IMG/VR virus record: IMGVR_UViG_3300038696_000123
Span: 1 to 58,178 of that record
From: a virus
Taxonomy: Duplodnaviria > Caudoviricetes
DNA length: 58,178 nucleotides
Strand: one strand, 5' to 3'
The stretch's first letter is position 1. Each line of letters starts with the position of its first letter. Positions 54,229 to 58,178 of the stretch are shown one piece after another. Under the pieces are notes generated by a model. That model searched no databases, was not told the origin of the DNA, and was given only the letters and a program-made list of their open reading frames with translations. Position numbers and translations under genes: made by a program.

Positions 54229-54822
54229 TCAGTTGGCTGCGCGGGCAGCGTCCCGGTCAAAGCCCGGGGCCGCAGCGTTCACCTGGGCGCGGGTCACGTC
54301 AGACCGGCCCATGGCCTCCTCAATGGCGGACATCTTGGGCTTGCCGTCAGCAGTCCACTGCTCGTCATTCTCGGGGTCCAGGCGACTCAGCGCCTTGTTG
54401 ATGGTGCCCTGTCCGTCCCCTTCACCATCGCGTCCTGGTTCCGCTGCCCCGGGCTCGGGCTGAGCATCGCTGCCGCCTTCATCGGGGCCGGTGGGCTCGG
54501 GTGCCGGGTCAGAAGCTCCGCCCGCATTGTCTTTGGTCCCGCCCGGGTTGCCATTCCCCGCTTTGGGTTCATTGGTGTCAGCTTGAGCAGCATCTGGTGC
54601 CTCCTTGAGGGCAGCCCGGGCCTCATCCAGCTCCCTGCTGGGGTCTGGGTATGCCTGCCAGCACCTCAAGAGATACTTGCTCAGGCTGTCCACGTCTGCC
54701 GAGGGTCCTGTGACCTCCAGCGAGCCGTCAACAAACTCATACTCAGAGCCCCCCGCCCGGAGGGTGACTGACTGTCCGTCAAGGTCCCCCACCAGGCTCA
54801 GTTTGCGTGTGGTGATTCCCAT
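54229..54822 (-). CDS. Virion-operon protein: two domains joined by a low-complexity linker
   Basis: C-terminal WTADGKPKMSAIE..MG...TRAQV domain. Confidence 0.65.
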   Translation of the reverse strand: MGITTRKLSLVGDLDGQSVTLRAGGSEYEFVDGSLEVTGPSADVDSLSKYLLRCWQAYPDPSRELDEARAALKEAPDAAQADTNEPKAGNGNPGGTKDNAGGASDPAPEPTGPDEGGSDAQPEPGAAEPGRDGEGDGQGTINKALSRLDPENDEQWTADGKPKMSAIEEAMGRSDVTRAQVNAAAPGFDRDAARAAN

Positions 54823-54837
54823 GCTGCGTTCTCCCTA

Positions 54838-55107
54838 TCAGGCGATTGTTTCGGCCACAGTGGAGCCGGTGAAGATGGTGACATCCTCGTCAGCGTTCCA
54901 GGTGGCGGCAATGCCCCGGTTGTCGTCAAAGTAGTCATCTGGGAGGTCCTGGCCCTCGCCCTGACAGAGGGCTGCGGCCTGGCCCCGGATGAGGGCGTCA
55001 GTTGTGTAGGTTACGTCGTCAATTGCGACAATGACGGCACGGATACCATTGATGAAGTTTTTACCGGGGGCGTCAGCGCGTTCAACGAGGTGAGCTACAA
55101 TAGCCAT
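54838..55107 (-). CDS. Small virion protein (possible head decoration)
   Basis: Directly downstream of the capsid gene; AGGAG RBS. Confidence 0.65.
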   Translation of the reverse strand: MAIVAHLVERADAPGKNFINGIRAVIVAIDDVTYTTDALIRGQAAALCQGEGQDLPDDYFDDNRGIAATWNADEDVTIFTGSTVAETIA

Positions 55108-55130
55108 GATGTGTCTCCTGTGTACCTGTG

Positions 55131-55162
55131 AAAGCGCCCGCGCCTCCGGGGAGGGCGGGCGC
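55131..55162 (-). terminator. Hairpin/terminator after the capsid gene
   Basis: AGCGCCCGC...GCGGGCGCT stem with a short T tail. Confidence 0.6.
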
Positions 55163-55191
55163 TCAGTTAAGTCATGCCTGACCGCACCGCC

Positions 55192-56115
55192 TTAGTTGGT
55201 GATGCCGTCCGCAGCCGCAAGGCCCTTCTCGCTGAACAGCGCCAGACCGGAGTACCACTTGATGCGCGTGATGCTCTCATCCTTGGTCTCGCTTTCGCCA
55301 ACCGGAACCACCTGGATGCCTGCGGCAGCCTCAGCAGTCAGACCGGCGATGCCGTGCATGCGCGACCCATCGTCCAGGGTGCCGGCAAAGATGCTGGTCT
55401 TGACTGCGCCGCCGGTGCCCTTTGTCTGGGTCGTTGGGATCCAGTCATTCTTGAAGATGGGCACACCACGGTAACCTGGGACCTCACGGCCCGAGGGCAG
55501 CTGGACCACCTCGTTGATGCTCGCACCACCCAGGCCGCGCAGCAGGGCCATGTAGCTCCGCAGCGTCCGGGCGTGCATCATGAAGTAGTCAACTTCACCG
55601 TCCTTGTCGGTCACGAGGTCCAGGAGCTCATCCATCACGGCGAAGTCGAGTGCCTTGCCGTTGGCACCGGTGGTGGACATCTGGGTGGCGTCAACGAGGT
55701 TGATGAGGCCATCGAACTCGTTGCTGGAGCCGGTGCCGTTGACGAACATGTCCTGGTACTTGCGGCCCACAGACTTCGCCTTGGACGCAATCTGTACAGC
55801 CTGCTGGTCGTTGCCGTCACCGGAGCGGGTGGCCTGGATGAGACCGTTGACCTCTGCATCACCGATGATCGTGGTGAGGGTGGAGGTGACCTGGGTGAAG
55901 GTCGCGGCTGCCTTGGCAGTGATGGTCCCACCAACACCAAGCACCTGGACGTCGCCAAGGACGTTCTCACGGTTGTAGGCGAGGGCGTTGCCGTCGATGC
56001 CGTCAAACGGCAGGATGTCGAAGAAGGGGTTGACGGTGATAATGTTTTCGATGACGCCCGCAACCAGCTCATCCTGAGCGAGTTTTGCGGACTCAGAAAG
56101 GGTGACGGAAGTCAT
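55192..56115 (-). CDS. Major capsid protein
   Basis: ~307 aa after the scaffold; GVIENI...YNRE...FDGL...GVPIF pattern. Confidence 0.88.
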   Translation of the reverse strand: MTSVTLSESAKLAQDELVAGVIENIITVNPFFDILPFDGIDGNALAYNRENVLGDVQVLGVGGTITAKAAATFTQVTSTLTTIIGDAEVNGLIQATRSGDGNDQQAVQIASKAKSVGRKYQDMFVNGTGSSNEFDGLINLVDATQMSTTGANGKALDFAVMDELLDLVTDKDGEVDYFMMHARTLRSYMALLRGLGGASINEVVQLPSGREVPGYRGVPIFKNDWIPTTQTKGTGGAVKTSIFAGTLDDGSRMHGIAGLTAEAAAGIQVVPVGESETKDESITRIKWYSGLALFSEKGLAAADGITN

Positions 56116-56207
56116 GTCCAATCCTCCAAGAGTGTTTCAAAAGAGCCTGAATGCGCATCGCACGCGGGCCTCCTGGATCGCCCTGGAGGGGTTTGGCCTG
56201 GTCACAG

Positions 56208-56236
56208 AGGATAGGCGACAATTACCAGGCAGTCAA
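56208..56236 (-). promoter_or_regulatory. Sigma70-like promoter for the capsid gene
   Basis: TTGACT-N17-TATCCT. Confidence 0.65.
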
Positions 56237-56241
56237 GCCCC

Positions 56242-56274
56242 AAACGAAAAGAGGCCCGGCGCAGTGGCCGGGCC
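56242..56274 (-). terminator. Rho-independent terminator after the scaffold gene
   Basis: GGCCCGGC/GCCGGGCC stem followed by TCTTTTCGTTT. Confidence 0.75.
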
Positions 56275-56362
56275 CAGTGGTCGAGGCAGGTTGCCCAACA
56301 TGGAGGGCTGGGTCAGGATAGCCCCGGGACCTCCCGAGGGGAAGCCCCGAGGCTTGGGAGGT

Positions 56363-57145
56363 TCAGCGGTTGCGCGCTGCCAGGCCTGCCTTGATGCGGT
56401 CAATCGGGGTGGCGTCCGCCTTGGTCGGAGCCCGGGGCTTGCCCGTCCGGTCAGGGAGGGCTCCGCCCCCGCCCTTGGCCTCGCTCTTGAACAGCGGGGC
56501 ATACTTCTCCTGGCCCTTCATCTCCTTGACCAGCTCCCGGATGGTCATGGGGTTGCCGGTGCCGCCTGAGATGCGGGGGTCACCGTCGCTGTCGACAACA
56601 ACGGCCTTGAACTCGCCATCCTGCTCCTGGACCTTGACCTGGTTCTGGACAAAGGGCATCGCCAGCTCCACCATGCCGCCCTCGGCAGCCAGGGCCTCGC
56701 TTGCGCCGGAGGTCACGAGGTACTTGTGGACAGTGCCCCGGAGGGCGTCCTGGACCTTGCGCTCCTCGCCAACAGCCTTCTCCATGGCAGACTTCATCTC
56801 GCCCCGGACCTTGTCCACGTTGAGCTTGCCCTCCTTGCCGGCAGCAGCAGCCGTCTCCAGCTCCTCCATCCGCTCCTTGATCTTTTCCTTGATCGTGGGG
56901 AGGTCCTCCCCGAAGTCCTCAAGGCCGGACAGGTCCACCTGGCCCTTCTTGGCCAGCTCCTTGTTCTCGCCCCTGATCTTGCCGTTGGCCTGGAACAGGC
57001 CGGTGATGGCGTCGGCAACCGGGCGCATCGCCTCGGGGACCTGGTACTTGCCCTCAGCCCCCTCCACCGGCTGGTAGATGCTGCGCAGGTTCTCGGGGAT
57101 TGTGTTGAAGCCGTCGCTGTCAACCTCGTGTTTAAGCACTGTCAT
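56363..57145 (-). CDS. Capsid scaffolding protein
   Basis: Charged coiled coil; APLFK..AKGGGG; upstream of the capsid gene. Confidence 0.78.
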   Translation of the reverse strand: MTVLKHEVDSDGFNTIPENLRSIYQPVEGAEGKYQVPEAMRPVADAITGLFQANGKIRGENKELAKKGQVDLSGLEDFGEDLPTIKEKIKERMEELETAAAAGKEGKLNVDKVRGEMKSAMEKAVGEERKVQDALRGTVHKYLVTSGASEALAAEGGMVELAMPFVQNQVKVQEQDGEFKAVVVDSDGDPRISGGTGNPMTIRELVKEMKGQEKYAPLFKSEAKGGGGALPDRTGKPRAPTKADATPIDRIKAGLAARNR

Positions 57146-57211
57146 GATTCATTGTCTCCTGTGAATCGCTCACCCCGGGGTCGCCCTGGGTGGAGTAGTT
57201 GTCGCCCCGGG

Positions 57212-57240
57212 ATTGTAGCCCAACGGGAGGCCCGGGGGAA
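57212..57240 (-). promoter_or_regulatory. Putative promoter upstream of the scaffold gene
   Basis: TTCCCC-N17-TACAAT. Confidence 0.45.
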
Positions 57241-57258
57241 GCCTCCCGCTGGTGTGGG

Positions 57259-58178
57259 TCATGGGACCTTCAGGATGCGGGCCAGGATGCTGGTGACCCC
57301 CCGGAGGAACTCCACTGTGGTGCGGTGGTTTCCGTCACCGATGATATAGCTGCCGTTCACCTCAATGAACAGGGGCGGAATGTCCTCAAGCTCCTCAGCT
57401 TGGGCAATCCCCAGCAGCGCGTCCGGTCCCACCTCGGGTTGATTGGTGTAGACCTGTGAGAGGTCCACCATGCGGGTTGGGAGCTTGGTGCGCCCGTTGC
57501 GGGCATCCACCAGGGTGTCAAAGGGGATGTTCAGCAATGGTCCGAGCATCGCCCGGGACGCCTCTGGGATGGGGCTGACCACAGCCCCGGCAATCGTTGG
57601 GTGCGGGGGGAGGTTCTGGATGGACTGGACCAAGGAGGCCGGAGCCCGGGAGGGGCGCACAAGGGTGTCCAGCTCGCTCAGGGTGCGGGTGCGGCCCCCG
57701 GCGTCAACAAACTGGTCAAGGGTCGCGTCCCCGTTGCGGAACATCTCAGCCCGGGAGGGGCCCAGGGTCGCGTCCTGGAACTCAGGGGCCTGGCGGCGCA
57801 TCCACTCCTCATATGTGGTGGAGGCCGGGACGGTGCCGATGTTCTCATCACCCCACTTGTCCCGGATGCGCTTCACCTCAGCGTTGCGGTCTGCTGGGCT
57901 CATCGCCTTCCATGCCTCAGGGTCCGCCTCCCGGGCCTCCCGGCGGAAGTCCTTTTCACGTTGCTCCCTGGTCCGGTCATCGGACACAAAGGGCCGGTCA
58001 CCAATGATCATGTCCGGGGCGAGCATGGCAACCATGAGGGAGCGGCAGTTGGGGTGCCCAGGGGGTCGAGCGTCCTGCGGGTCCAGCAGGTCGGTGCCCG
58101 GCGGTATCTCCCGCCCCGGGTTCACGGCAATCGCGCCGTCCCGGGCCTGGCAGATGGGGCTCGTGCGCCCATCCAGGG
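57259..58178 (-). CDS. MuF/SPP1 gp7-like minor head protein with C-terminal ParB/Srx-like domain; N-terminus outside the window
   Basis: Frame open to the window end: LDGRTSPICQARDG...PPGHPNCRS (MuF); C-terminal PPLF...YIIGDGNHR. Confidence 0.82.
   Translation of the reverse strand, partial: LDGRTSPICQARDGAIAVNPGREIPPGTDLLDPQDARPPGHPNCRSLMVAMLAPDMIIGDRPFVSDDRTREQREKDFRREAREADPEAWKAMSPADRNAEVKRIRDKWGDENIGTVPASTTYEEWMRRQAPEFQDATLGPSRAEMFRNGDATLDQFVDAGGRTRTLSELDTLVRPSRAPASLVQSIQNLPPHPTIAGAVVSPIPEASRAMLGPLLNIPFDTLVDARNGRTKLPTRMVDLSQVYTNQPEVGPDALLGIAQAEELEDIPPLFIEVNGSYIIGDGNHRTTVEFLRGVTSILARILKVP

Overview
This is almost the whole genome of a GC-rich, long-tailed (siphovirus-type) dsDNA phage with a YuA/M6/phiJL001-like layout. 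The host is probably a proteobacterium, possibly alphaproteobacterial (inference). Essentially all real genes are on the minus strand. In transcription order (right to left): MuF minor head protein (truncated at the window end), scaffold, major capsid, head-tail joining genes, tail tube, frameshifted chaperones, tape measure, Dit, SGNH-tipped fibre, tail tip, then lysis (endolysin, holin, spanins). Next is a replication and nucleotide module: SNF2-like helicase, SSB-like protein, RecD-like helicase, class II RNR, a frameshifted UDG-like gene, a thymidine hypermodification cluster (PLP enzyme, radical SAM, two amino acid:DNA transferases, hmdU-DNA kinase, Nmad5, dUMP hydroxymethylase, HD hydrolase, DUF3310), PolA, dCTP deaminase with a GIY-YIG endonuclease, adenine MTase and primase-helicase. 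Small early genes follow, then TerS and TerL (truncated at the window start). The portal gene is not in the window. The most striking unexplained structure is a ~280-bp non-coding element present twice (2457-2735 and 38114-38392). The two copies align without gaps and hold about 10 phased TCTTAACTT/AAGTTAAGA boxes, and they sit at the two module boundaries. Also notable: a repeated promoter/operator/leader cassette, a stand-alone DnaA-domain-IV-like protein, a 16-aa Lys/Gly micro-ORF in the head operon, a structured intergenic RNA candidate and a MuF-ParB/Srx fusion. Family calls come from motif recognition by eye, not from database searches.
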